Shown: positions 49,623-59,294 of the stretch, piece after piece
How positions within the stretch are numbered: position 1 is the stretch's first letter
Layout: each line of letters opens with the position of its first letter
NCBI GenBank assembly: GCA_043819555.1
Contig: JBDREQ010000066.1
Location: 32,001 to 96,000, forward strand
Length of the DNA: 64,000 nt
Direction: 5' to 3'
From: Candidatus Zixiibacteriota bacterium
GTDB taxonomy: Bacteria > Zixibacteria > MSB-5A5 > GN15 > JAAZOE01
The notes under the pieces: generated by a model
What the model was told of the DNA's origin: nothing
The model's input: the letters and a program-made list of their open reading frames with translations, nothing else
Database searches by the model: none
Program-made: the position numbers and the translations under genes

Positions 49623-50801
49623 TTATTCGTCTTTCAGTATAATCCGATAATGCGGAAAGACTTCAACCGCCGGCATTGTCAAATTGAAAACCAAGCTATC
49701 AACAGTATTCATGCCTCCGGCGTCGTTAATAAAGTACATAGTCGTCGCCTTGCTGACACCCGATTCGGTATTTTTAACAGTTACCATGCCGTTCTCAAAA
49801 ATAAGCTGCTTGGTTGTATCCGGGAAAGTGAAATGTATAGTTGTATCAAAACCTGTCCAATCATAGGTGCGATAAAAATAATTTTTTGCCTTACTTATGT
49901 TTGGATTGCATTTAATATATACCTGGAAAGTATCTACGGTAATATAAACCAGAGGACCTGTGCTAACAGTATCGATTCTAACAAAGAAATCATTTATGGT
50001 TGTATCGATAACCATAGGATTGGTTGAAACCGTATCTAAGATCGTATCCATCTTCCGCTGGCACAATCCGGCTGAATCTACGGGCAAGTAGAAAGAGTCA
50101 ACAATTCCCCAGAAGCCCCAGAGTAAAGTGTCATAGTAAGTCGTGTCGGGATCCAAAGGTAATGGAGCTTGCGGATCCTCGATTACGTGCGCTTCACCAA
50201 ACCATTTGCCATAAAATACTTCCTGCTCATAAATCGAATCCGGAGGATTAACAAGGGTATCAAACGGATTGATAATTATATCAATCGAATCAAACTTGAA
50301 TACTGGCGGCCTTGAGGGATCAAAAGTCTTGGATGCGAAAACCCTATTGACAGAGACTACATCCCAAACCGAATCGATGGTCATCGCATAGTCAATGCGG
50401 AAAGAATCAATCCAAACAAATGTATCCGGCCTTGTGAAGCTGAACTTATACGATTGCTGTGGATTGAAACCGAAAACTACAGATGTTGTATCAATGGTCG
50501 TATCGATGTCAACAATCGTCGTATCAATTGATGTAATATATGTTCCTGAACCAAGAGTACCGACAAATCCATTGGTATCGGTATACACTGGTCCAAGCCA
50601 GCCGATATCCGGCTCAACGGTCAGGAGAACGGAATCAACTCCAAACATTTGATAATCATTATCGATTTTCAAGTGAAATACCGGATAGGTATTATGATGC
50701 TTCGGAATTGGATTTACGGTGTTGTCATCATTTGCGAACCAGTTGCATCCTGTTATTGGCAATATTAATATTGCCATCAGGAACGAAATAGCTATTCTCA
50801 T
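49623..50801 (-). CDS. Hypothetical lipoprotein, extremely D-(S/T)-rich
   Basis: Lipobox ITGC; beta-rich composition. Confidence 0.75.
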   Translation of the reverse strand: MRIAISFLMAILILPITGCNWFANDDNTVNPIPKHHNTYPVFHLKIDNDYQMFGVDSVLLTVEPDIGWLGPVYTDTNGFVGTLGSGTYITSIDTTIVDIDTTIDTTSVVFGFNPQQSYKFSFTRPDTFVWIDSFRIDYAMTIDSVWDVVSVNRVFASKTFDPSRPPVFKFDSIDIIINPFDTLVNPPDSIYEQEVFYGKWFGEAHVIEDPQAPLPLDPDTTYYDTLLWGFWGIVDSFYLPVDSAGLCQRKMDTILDTVSTNPMVIDTTINDFFVRIDTVSTGPLVYITVDTFQVYIKCNPNISKAKNYFYRTYDWTGFDTTIHFTFPDTTKQLIFENGMVTVKNTESGVSKATTMYFINDAGGMNTVDSLVFNLTMPAVEVFPHYRIILKDE

Positions 50802-50950
50802 TTGTTCCTCCCGAAAGTTTCGAAACGCAAGGCCATAATAATAATACTTTCGGCCCCGCCGGGCAAGAGAAATTATTCCTTTTTTGATAATCAGACGTCT
50901 TTAAATGCCAGTTTGTGTAATGAACTATAAACGAATTAAACCATACTTTT

Positions 50951-53125
50951 TTACTTTTCCCATCGCCTGCCAAACGATATTAAACCTCCGGCAACCAGCA
51001 AAATGCTTCCGGCCCAAAGGATATTCATTGCTGGTTTTTTGGAGACTTCCAGAATCAGGCGATCTTCCGGATTTTTATCAGTCAAGCCCTCAACCGAAAT
51101 ACGAACCGCCCCCTGATCAGCGTAAATCTGTTCCAGACGAACCTGATGATTTTCAAGACCTTCCATAAGGCGGACATCAATATGTTCCATCGCCCCGGCA
51201 GACTGATAAATTATCGCTGGAGTTATGACTTCCATCTGCCCCAGACTATCGGTTACCTCTATTTCCGCGCCGAATTTCATTTCTCCACCGGCGGCATGGG
51301 CGTCAGTCGCAAATCCCTTAAATACAAATGAATATGAACCAAGAGGCATCGCATGAGACCGACCAAGTATTATGCCATTTTGCACCGACATATCTTGTAT
51401 TTGTTCAGGGGCCAAATAAATATCGTATAATAAATGCCGCAAAATATACGGCTTTTTCATTAAGCCTTCAGAACGCTGGGACCAGTAAAGCTTTGGTCGA
51501 GCTTGATAAATTTCACCGCCATCTGATATCTTAAGAAGAATTTCGTTTTGAGGATTTTCAAGATGAGACGTCAGCCCCTGATATTCGATATCAAGATTAA
51601 AAAGCGAACCGGCCTCATTACGATTTATAACTATTTTTTCTCCTGAAGAATAAGCCGAAGATCCCAGAATACCCAGAAGCATCAGGGCAAATCCAAAATG
51701 GCTCAATTGAGCTCCCACCGCCTTAATTTTTCCCCGGATCAATCTTATTAAGGCAATCAGGTTTGATATGGCCGCAATCGAAACGGCAAAAATATATAAC
51801 AGATTAGTTAGTTCTATTACGCCCCACAAGTAACATACCAGGCTGATAATCAGTGCGACTATTATTGAAATGAAAATCCGTTTCAACAAATCCCTGAAGC
51901 TTCCGCTATTCCAAACCATGGCCGGAGCCAATCCGAGGAATAGTCCCATCAAAATAGCCAAAGGAAATGTAATCTTTGTATAAACGGCCGTATCTACCGC
52001 ACCGGCCTGGCCAAAGATACCCGTTATCAGCGGCCACGATGTTCCGGAAAGAACGAATAATGCAATTAAAGTCAAAACCCATACAGAGAATAATAAAGCA
52101 AACTGTTTTGAGGCCATTGACAGATTGACGGTTTGCCCCTTGATCCGATTAAATCTAATTACGAAATAATACAAGGCCAGAAGGATCGAGCCTGACATGA
52201 AACTAATAAGTAAATTATTAACTCCCAAATCGACAAAACTATGGACTGAGAAATCAGCCAGCACTCCGGAGCGGGTCAGGAAGGTGCCGTACACCACTAA
52301 TAGAAAAATCAGTATGGACATAAACAGGTTTGTTTTGGGTAGTGAGCCGACTTTCTTCTCAATTATCAATCCGTGCAATAATGCCAGCGATATCATCCAC
52401 GGAATAAAAGAGGAGTTTTCGACCGGATCCCAGGCCCAGTAACCGCCCCATCCCAGTGTCTTATAAGCCCAGAAGCCGCCCATGATATTTCCGGCGGCCA
52501 GGGTTACGGCAACAATCGTAACCGGGACGAAAACAATCGTCAGCCAGTTTTTATATTCATTTTTAATCAGGGCCGCCAGCGCGATCGCATACGGAATAGC
52601 CGCGGCCGCGTATCCGATAAATATCACTGGCGGATGAATGACCATCCAGGGATCAATCAACAAAGGATTTAATCCGGCTCCTTCCGCCTGCGGCACCGCC
52701 AGCTTTTCAAAGGGCGATAAAACCAAAAGCATAATGCAGAAAAAGAAATTTATCAGTCCGTAAACAAACATCGCATGATTGGTGTATTCACGACCTCGAT
52801 AAATCAGGTAAAAACCAAAAAAGGCAAGAAGCGCCAGCCATAATAAATAAGTTCCCTGCTGACCGGCCCAGAAAGCGGAAATGAGGTAGAATAACGGCAA
52901 ATCCGATGATGAATAATCAAATACATATTTGTACGAATAATCACCGGATATAAAATAATAAAACAAAAGAGCGCACGCCATAACCACCAGAACGGTAAAA
53001 TACTTATAACTCAAACGGCCCAGCTCGGCGAATTTCGACTTTCCTCGCAACGCCATAAAATAACTGAAAGTGCAAATCAAACTTGCGGCTGTGGTCAGTA
53101 CTATAAGAAGATTGCCCAAATTCAC
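50951..53125 (-). CDS. ccmF: Cytochrome c maturation heme lyase CcmF
   Basis: GLNPLL, IHPP, WGGYWAWDPVENSS, TRSG..SVHSF. Confidence 0.95.
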   Translation of the reverse strand: MNLGNLLIVLTTAASLICTFSYFMALRGKSKFAELGRLSYKYFTVLVVMACALLFYYFISGDYSYKYVFDYSSSDLPLFYLISAFWAGQQGTYLLWLALLAFFGFYLIYRGREYTNHAMFVYGLINFFFCIMLLVLSPFEKLAVPQAEGAGLNPLLIDPWMVIHPPVIFIGYAAAAIPYAIALAALIKNEYKNWLTIVFVPVTIVAVTLAAGNIMGGFWAYKTLGWGGYWAWDPVENSSFIPWMISLALLHGLIIEKKVGSLPKTNLFMSILIFLLVVYGTFLTRSGVLADFSVHSFVDLGVNNLLISFMSGSILLALYYFVIRFNRIKGQTVNLSMASKQFALLFSVWVLTLIALFVLSGTSWPLITGIFGQAGAVDTAVYTKITFPLAILMGLFLGLAPAMVWNSGSFRDLLKRIFISIIVALIISLVCYLWGVIELTNLLYIFAVSIAAISNLIALIRLIRGKIKAVGAQLSHFGFALMLLGILGSSAYSSGEKIVINRNEAGSLFNLDIEYQGLTSHLENPQNEILLKISDGGEIYQARPKLYWSQRSEGLMKKPYILRHLLYDIYLAPEQIQDMSVQNGIILGRSHAMPLGSYSFVFKGFATDAHAAGGEMKFGAEIEVTDSLGQMEVITPAIIYQSAGAMEHIDVRLMEGLENHQVRLEQIYADQGAVRISVEGLTDKNPEDRLILEVSKKPAMNILWAGSILLVAGGLISFGRRWEK

Positions 53126-53129
53126 GTTT

Positions 53130-53516
53130 TTAAGCCTCTTGATCCAGCCCTTGATATTTCGAAGGGCATTTTACGAGTAATTGATCTGCCATAAAAACAC
53201 CATTTTCATAACGTCCTTTGGCAACCACTGATGTCGCCTGTTCAAAATTACCGGGAACAACGCCGCCGTATATAATCCTGAGACGAAAATTAGATTCAGG
53301 ATTCTCAAGATCAGTTATTACAAATTCCAGGCGCGATTCCTCAGCGTTATAATTGACCGCGCTAAAATCAATTTTGCCCATCACCTGAACTGTTCCCTGG
53401 GCTGACGCAACTTCTTTCAGTGGAATGTACCTAACCGTCGTTTCAACAAAGGAATATAATCCCCAGGTGACAAAAACAGCAATTATCAACAAACCGGCTA
53501 TATATTTAATTTTCAA
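53130..53516 (-). CDS. ccmE: Heme chaperone CcmE (CxxxY variant)
   Basis: N-terminal TM helix; Y.GVVPGNF; LLVKCPSKY. Confidence 0.92.
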   Translation of the reverse strand: MKIKYIAGLLIIAVFVTWGLYSFVETTVRYIPLKEVASAQGTVQVMGKIDFSAVNYNAEESRLEFVITDLENPESNFRLRIIYGGVVPGNFEQATSVVAKGRYENGVFMADQLLVKCPSKYQGLDQEA

Positions 53517-53518
53517 TG

Positions 53519-53623
53519 TTAATCCTCGAGCTTTTTTACTTTTCTATTCAGCATCATTAAATAAATAAACAGCGCCACCCAAATAAGAAGAGTGACAGCC
53601 ATAACTGTGTAATTAGAAGTCAT
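53519..53623 (-). CDS. ccmD: Heme exporter CcmD (34 aa, absent from the ORF track)
   Basis: MTSNYTVMAVTLLIWVALFIYLMMLNRKVKKLED; ATGA overlap with the ccmC stop; ends 2 bp before ccmE. Confidence 0.85.
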   Translation of the reverse strand: MTSNYTVMAVTLLIWVALFIYLMMLNRKVKKLED

Positions 53624-54285
53624 TTCATTAACTCCTCGTAAACTTTGCGTTCTTTAACAAATACCTTAAACGTTAATTTATACATCCAGACGAACACCAT
53701 TGTAAACGCTATTAGAGCCGGGAAAAAGACCATTGCGGTCGTTCCCGACATTGTGATATTTCCCGATTCATTAACAATCGAATCCGAAGGATGCAGCGAG
53801 GGCATCACCCGTGGAATGACAAACACCAAAAAAGGGACCGCCAAAAATGCGAAAATGGCATACACCGCGGCCAGTCGTCCTCTTTTTTCAGAATCATCAA
53901 TGGCGGATCGCAGCGCAAAATAAGCCCCGTAAATAAGAAGTAGTATAAAAATTGAGGTTTCCCTCGGATCCCAATTCCAAAACGATTGCCAGGTTACTTT
54001 CGCGAAAACGGAACCGGTGATAGTCGCCAGCAGGCAGAACAAAAGTCCCAAACCGGCCGCCGCGCGCGAACGATCGTCCTCTCTAATATCACCATTCTTG
54101 AGATACCTGATTGATGTAATCATTGACATCAAAAAAGCCAATACAGCTACCCAGGCCTGAGGCACATGAAAATAGAATATACGACTGGCATCTCCGATTG
54201 ACTGCTGAGGCGCCGGAAACACAAAAGCCGCGATAATCACCCATGTCATAAGAACAAATATCGTGATTTTAAACCAACAGGACAT
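53620..54285 (-). CDS. ccmC: Heme exporter CcmC
   Basis: RIFYFHVP, WQSFWNWDPRET and SLHP. Confidence 0.93.
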   Translation of the reverse strand: MSCWFKITIFVLMTWVIIAAFVFPAPQQSIGDASRIFYFHVPQAWVAVLAFLMSMITSIRYLKNGDIREDDRSRAAAGLGLLFCLLATITGSVFAKVTWQSFWNWDPRETSIFILLLIYGAYFALRSAIDDSEKRGRLAAVYAIFAFLAVPFLVFVIPRVMPSLHPSDSIVNESGNITMSGTTAMVFFPALIAFTMVFVWMYKLTFKVFVKERKVYEELMK

Positions 54286-54367
54286 ATTTTATCCTCAATC
54301 TATAACCGGCAAATATATACAAATATCGAATTAAAACAAACGATTTCGCAATTAGTTCCACATAGTT

Positions 54368-55030
54368 TTAATCGTTCCATACAAATTCAAACAGCAAGAG
54401 GCTGGCGGTAATCATTACCACCGAGTATGCGATCAAAAGTTGAATTTCCGACGAGGCCGCTGAAAAGCCCGCCCCGGCGGTTAGAGCCTTCTTGGTTCCC
54501 TCAATGGCGCCAATCAATAGCGGAAGAAGAATTGGAAATGATAATACGGCAAATAAAGCCCCCTTTACTCCAGCCTTGGCTATCAAAGCCGCTATTAGCG
54601 TCGTTGTCCCCACCAATGCAACCCCGCCAAGAAACAAAACTACCATAAATAGCTCAAGATTTTGAACATTGACGTCCGTCATGATGATAAACATCGGCGT
54701 AATAATTATTTCCAGAATCGTCAATAGGATGAAGTTGAAAATCAATTTCCCCATATAGACCGCCGTTGGCTCGGCGGTCAATTTTAATATGGTTGATGTT
54801 TTGGCCTCTTCTTCACGAATAAATACCTGAGCCAGGCCCGACATCGCCGAAAAGAAAATAATTATCCAGAATAACGAAGCATATACAGCCGAATCAAGAT
54901 TCATTTGCCCTACTGAAAAGGAAACAACCGTCAAAGTGGTAATGCCAAAAAGTAAAATTGCGTTTAAGGCATAACGGGTTCTAAATTCGCAATTGATATC
55001 CTTGCGAAGAATCGCGATCGATTTAGCCAT
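54368..55030 (-). CDS. ccmB: Heme exporter permease CcmB
   Basis: KDI..EFR, F..EE, LSFPILLPLL; about 6 TM helices. Confidence 0.9.
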   Translation of the reverse strand: MAKSIAILRKDINCEFRTRYALNAILLFGITTLTVVSFSVGQMNLDSAVYASLFWIIIFFSAMSGLAQVFIREEEAKTSTILKLTAEPTAVYMGKLIFNFILLTILEIIITPMFIIMTDVNVQNLELFMVVLFLGGVALVGTTTLIAALIAKAGVKGALFAVLSFPILLPLLIGAIEGTKKALTAGAGFSAASSEIQLLIAYSVVMITASLLLFEFVWND

Positions 55031-55640
55031 TAAGCTGGTAGAGTTTTTCGGCAAGCCCATACTCCTCTTTTTCATTGGTCGCGATTATCAATATTCCGTT
55101 ATCTTTTTGCTTCCTGATAATTTCCGTAACCAGCCTTTTGCCTTCATCATCAAGATTGGATGTCGGCTCATCCAGTAACAAAAAAGCCGGCTTATTTAAT
55201 AACGCTACGGCATATTTAAGTCTCTGCTTCATTCCCGACGAATAAGCGGCGTATTTATCTTTACCTCTCCCTTCCAATCCAAACTCTCGAAGAGTCGTTT
55301 CTATTTCTTCTGATGTGAGAGAATCGCCTCTCATGATCGCAAAAAATTCAAGATTCTCTTCCGCTGTTAATGGATCATATAGCGTCATTTCGGGACCGAC
55401 ATAAGATAGTTTTTGACGGACTGATAAACTGTCCAGCTTCCCATTTGAATCAAAGTAACTGACTTCTCCACTGGTCGGAGAAGCCAGTCCGGCTAGAAGG
55501 CGCAATAGAGTCGTTTTCCCCGAACCATTGCGGCCGGTTATGGCCAGAGATTGTCCGCTTTGAAGCTCGAATGATACTTCTCTGAGAACCTTCCGAAACC
55601 CGAAGTTCTTGAATAATTTTTTTACTTCCAATTTGTACAT
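55023..55640 (-). CDS. ccmA: Heme exporter ATP-binding CcmA
   Basis: GRNGSGKTT, YSSGMKQR and LLDEP; first gene of the ccm cluster. Confidence 0.9.
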   Translation of the reverse strand: MYKLEVKKLFKNFGFRKVLREVSFELQSGQSLAITGRNGSGKTTLLRLLAGLASPTSGEVSYFDSNGKLDSLSVRQKLSYVGPEMTLYDPLTAEENLEFFAIMRGDSLTSEEIETTLREFGLEGRGKDKYAAYSSGMKQRLKYAVALLNKPAFLLLDEPTSNLDDEGKRLVTEIIRKQKDNGILIIATNEKEEYGLAEKLYQLNG

Positions 55641-55731
55641 TTTCACTCATTCAAATTAAATCATTCAAGGATAATCAATTATCATTGTCTTAATCAAGGA
55701 AAATAATTAATCCCCGCCAATCGTAAATATA

Positions 55732-58089
55732 TTGAAAATCCGAGATTGGTTCTTGACAAATTGTATTTTTCGGCAAAATTACAGATATATAAAAATCGGA
55801 GTCAATTTGAAATCGATATTAAACATTGGCATAGTCTGTCTTTTTTCGTTTTGTCTGCCAATCTTGACAGAGGTTGTCCAATCAGATGTAATTCTGGTGC
55901 CGAGCAAGCAAATCACAATTCAAAGAGGCATCTATGCCGCGTCAGTAGGCGATACTGTTTTAGTGGCGCCCGGTTCTTACTCCGGTCCGGGCAATTCCCG
56001 TATAGATTTTCTTGGAAAATCAATCCTGCTAACCTCGGAAGGCGGCTCAGAATTGACAACTATACTTGCCTCAGGAGAATCCCGCTCAGTTATATTTGAA
56101 AGCGGGGAAGATTCTCTGTCTATATTGGATGGATTTACAATTTTGGGTGGTTATGAAGGCAACTTCGATTGGTCACAGCCATTTCGAGGCGGGATTTATT
56201 GCGTCGATGCCTCCCCTATAATTCGGAACTGTGTCATCCGCGATTGTTATGCCCTGGAAGGAGGTGGGTTGTTTTTATCAGGCGGCAGGCCCCGAATTGA
56301 GAACTGTCTTATAGAAAAAAATAGATCGTCTCATCGTGGTGGGGCAATCATGACATTGTGCGATCAATTGATAATCACCAATACGACTATAGCGAATAAT
56401 TGGGTTAAAACAACTGAACAGGGATGGCTGGCATCGGGAGGAGGAATAAAAAACCTTGGGAATTTATTTCTAAAAAATTGCAATATTACAGGCAACAGGG
56501 TTTCACACATTTCCAGTCTCCCCGCTCAGGATGATTTCGCGCTTGCGCTGGGCGGCGGAATCTATAGCCTATTGGGACGCATCGAAATTGATAGCTGTAT
56601 TATCGCCCGTAATTCGGCTGGCACGGGAGCGGCGCTGGTTTGCGGTCTGGCTGAAGCCTCAATATCATTTACCAAAATATTCAATAACACTTCTTCTGTT
56701 TATGCCGGAATTGTTTTTATAAGCGGCTTCCAAAACCCTCTTGAAGTACGAAATTCTACTTTTGCCTGCAATTATTCCGCTCGTGATCTCTGTGACGGAG
56801 TGGCGATACTCGGTTCTCCTTCATTTATACGAGGTGATATAGCAGATGAGGAAAACTTCGAACTGGGATATCATTCGGCTGGCGGAATCGTAAAAAATAA
56901 TCTTTTTGCCTTCAATTCATCAACGCCCATTTATAGCGATGATGCCGGTTACCCTCTTGATATTTCATTCAATAATATCTGGCATACGGTTTCCGGTTCC
57001 AATTATGGAGGCGTCATTAATAACTTGACCGGCATTGATGGAAACATCTCGTTCGATCCTCTTTTCTGTTCGGTTTCCGATAGCGGTCTTGATATTGACG
57101 TCTCTTCCCCTTGCGTCGACGGCGGAGAATCAGGAGAAATTATTGGAACCGGTGAGGTTAATTGTGATTTGTACGTTGAGAGACCCCATAAAACAACAGT
57201 CAGGTTAAATGAGATTACCCCCGCCGGAAATCAGGCAGTTTTGGATAATGTCCTCAATCAACTCCGGCCCTGGGATACTCTTCATATCACATCCGATAAT
57301 TCAACCGCGTTAATTGAGCATTTGTCTATTGATTTTCCTCTATATATTTATGGCGGCGGCAAATATCGCGACAGTTCATTTGTCATCACCAAAGATTATT
57401 CATTGCAGAATCGCCCGACTGTTACAATTACCGATTTTTCGGTTATGAGTGATTTATGGTTAAGCGGTTATCACGGCGATGGATTATTGCTGGGCTTTAA
57501 CGCTATTAGTTTTTCAAACTCTCCCGCTATAATAGACTCATCATACCTGACCGCGTTTGAATCTGATGCCGCGCTGGCAATATTCGATGCGTCCCCTCTA
57601 ATTAGAAATTGTGAAATCACCAATGGCCAATCTGCTTTCGGCAACGGAGATATAGTCGCATCACAAAATTTCTGGAATTGTCTTGACTTAATTTGTATTG
57701 ATAGCATTTTGAAATACGACAGCCTGTTTTACTCCGGCACGATCTTTGTCGAACCATTTTTAACGCAAAGCCCAATTTCAGTTGAAGATTTAGTAGTTAA
57801 TAATTTGCCGAATAAAATAATCCTCTCACAAAATTATCCCAATCCATTCAATGCTTCAACCATTATAGAATTTACTCTCCCCCGGGCCGGGCATGTGGAA
57901 TTATCCATTTATGATATTCTCGGCCGCCGCATAGCATCTCTAATTGATAAACACCTGCCCGCCGGGTCACATCAGGCTCATTGGAACGGCCAGGATGATT
58001 CCGGCAAAGACTGCCCCTCCGGAATATATTTCTATGGCCTTAAATTAAACCATCAAACAGAAATCAAGAAATTGGTACTATTGAAATAA
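55732..58089 (+). CDS. Secreted parallel beta-helix repeat protein with FlgD-Ig/T9SS-like C-terminal domain
   Basis: TIQRGI..GDTVLVAPG, GGG..N repeats, DPLF, SPCVDGG; QNYPNPFN..SGIYFY..KLVLLK. True start may be somewhat downstream. Confidence 0.8.
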   Translation: MKIRDWFLTNCIFRQNYRYIKIGVNLKSILNIGIVCLFSFCLPILTEVVQSDVILVPSKQITIQRGIYAASVGDTVLVAPGSYSGPGNSRIDFLGKSILLTSEGGSELTTILASGESRSVIFESGEDSLSILDGFTILGGYEGNFDWSQPFRGGIYCVDASPIIRNCVIRDCYALEGGGLFLSGGRPRIENCLIEKNRSSHRGGAIMTLCDQLIITNTTIANNWVKTTEQGWLASGGGIKNLGNLFLKNCNITGNRVSHISSLPAQDDFALALGGGIYSLLGRIEIDSCIIARNSAGTGAALVCGLAEASISFTKIFNNTSSVYAGIVFISGFQNPLEVRNSTFACNYSARDLCDGVAILGSPSFIRGDIADEENFELGYHSAGGIVKNNLFAFNSSTPIYSDDAGYPLDISFNNIWHTVSGSNYGGVINNLTGIDGNISFDPLFCSVSDSGLDIDVSSPCVDGGESGEIIGTGEVNCDLYVERPHKTTVRLNEITPAGNQAVLDNVLNQLRPWDTLHITSDNSTALIEHLSIDFPLYIYGGGKYRDSSFVITKDYSLQNRPTVTITDFSVMSDLWLSGYHGDGLLLGFNAISFSNSPAIIDSSYLTAFESDAALAIFDASPLIRNCEITNGQSAFGNGDIVASQNFWNCLDLICIDSILKYDSLFYSGTIFVEPFLTQSPISVEDLVVNNLPNKIILSQNYPNPFNASTIIEFTLPRAGHVELSIYDILGRRIASLIDKHLPAGSHQAHWNGQDDSGKDCPSGIYFYGLKLNHQTEIKKLVLLK

Positions 58090-58124
58090 AAAAAGCCCCT
58101 TCTCAGTTTGAGAAAGGGCCTTTT
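58088..58124. terminator. Bidirectional intrinsic terminator
   Basis: AAAAAAAGCCCCTTCTCA-gtt-TGAGAAAGGGCCTTTT. Confidence 0.75.
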
Positions 58125-58142
58125 CATTAGTGTGAATATTCT

Positions 58143-59240
58143 TTAATGTGATTTTGCCAGAGGTGGCTGTTCAATTGAAGGGACACCTTCGGGATCGCCG
58201 GTCTCCATGTAGTTGATCGCCGATCGCAGCAGTCCCACCGCATAGCGGGTATTGTGAATGCCGCGAGATTTATCTTCATGGACAAATCCCCAGTTAAACA
58301 CCGCCCCGACTGAATCGGCATCCGGAACCAAAAGACCATCCGTTGGCTCCCAGGCATCATCTTCGGCAATGTACTCAAGCAGTCCAGCGTCAATTAACAA
58401 ACCTTTCAGTTCCTCTGTCAGATCTTCGATCTCGGTCTGGATACCCTCGGTGAAATCACCATCACCGTCGAAATCCATTGTCGCCATCCCACGATCGAAA
58501 TCATCGATTTCCAGATCGTTGATGTGACAGCCATCAACGTTACAGGCACCGGTGTTTTCCGCTTCTTCAGTTTCCATCCAGAAAGTGTGACCACCCATTA
58601 CATAATCGACGCTTACATCGTAATGGCACTTCATGCAGCCTTGGGTCACGCCACTGGAATGCCAGGAGTTCTCATAGTCGTATCCGGCGTACTCGTAGGC
58701 ATTCTCGCCAATCAGCATGTCGGACTGGTTGCTATAATGCGGTCCAAAGTGACTGCTAAGCTTGACACTGTCAGCGACGTACGTTTCTATGTTTCGGCGC
58801 CCTTTATGGCACTGGACGCAGAGATTTGAAATGCCCCGATTATAGATGGCGCCGTTACCCAATTTCACCGTAGCGGTTGTCCTGAGTTCAAAATCACCAT
58901 TCTCGTGCGGATCATGGCAGGCAAAGCAACCGACCGCATTAAAATCGCCACTGGTGATGTCCTCACCGGTAACCTTCTCGATAAATCCTTCGGTAGTGTG
59001 ACAGGCAGCACACGATCCGCTGCTCCTCATGGCTTCACCCGAAGCGTGCTTTGAATTATCATATTGACGCATTGCCAGTTTGACCGTGGTTCCCAGATCA
59101 ATACCGTAGTCGTGGCAATCGAAACAATTACTGGAGGCGTTATCAGCCAGCTCAACCGTACCGACGATTTCTCGTTCGCAGGAGACAAAGACCATCACTG
59201 CCATAATAATGATCGATGCCAAAATTGCCTTGTTCTTCAT
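58143..59240 (-). CDS. Multiheme c-type cytochrome lipoprotein (5 CxxCH + 1 CX4CH)
   Basis: Lipobox FVSC; CFDCH, CAACH, CFACH, CVQCH, CMKCH and CNVDGCH; D.SRGIHN tail. Confidence 0.88.
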   Translation of the reverse strand: MKNKAILASIIIMAVMVFVSCEREIVGTVELADNASSNCFDCHDYGIDLGTTVKLAMRQYDNSKHASGEAMRSSGSCAACHTTEGFIEKVTGEDITSGDFNAVGCFACHDPHENGDFELRTTATVKLGNGAIYNRGISNLCVQCHKGRRNIETYVADSVKLSSHFGPHYSNQSDMLIGENAYEYAGYDYENSWHSSGVTQGCMKCHYDVSVDYVMGGHTFWMETEEAENTGACNVDGCHINDLEIDDFDRGMATMDFDGDGDFTEGIQTEIEDLTEELKGLLIDAGLLEYIAEDDAWEPTDGLLVPDADSVGAVFNWGFVHEDKSRGIHNTRYAVGLLRSAINYMETGDPEGVPSIEQPPLAKSH

Positions 59241-59294
59241 TTTTCCCTCCTTATGGAGTTTTATTTTTGTCATTAACATTTTATTCAATTACTT

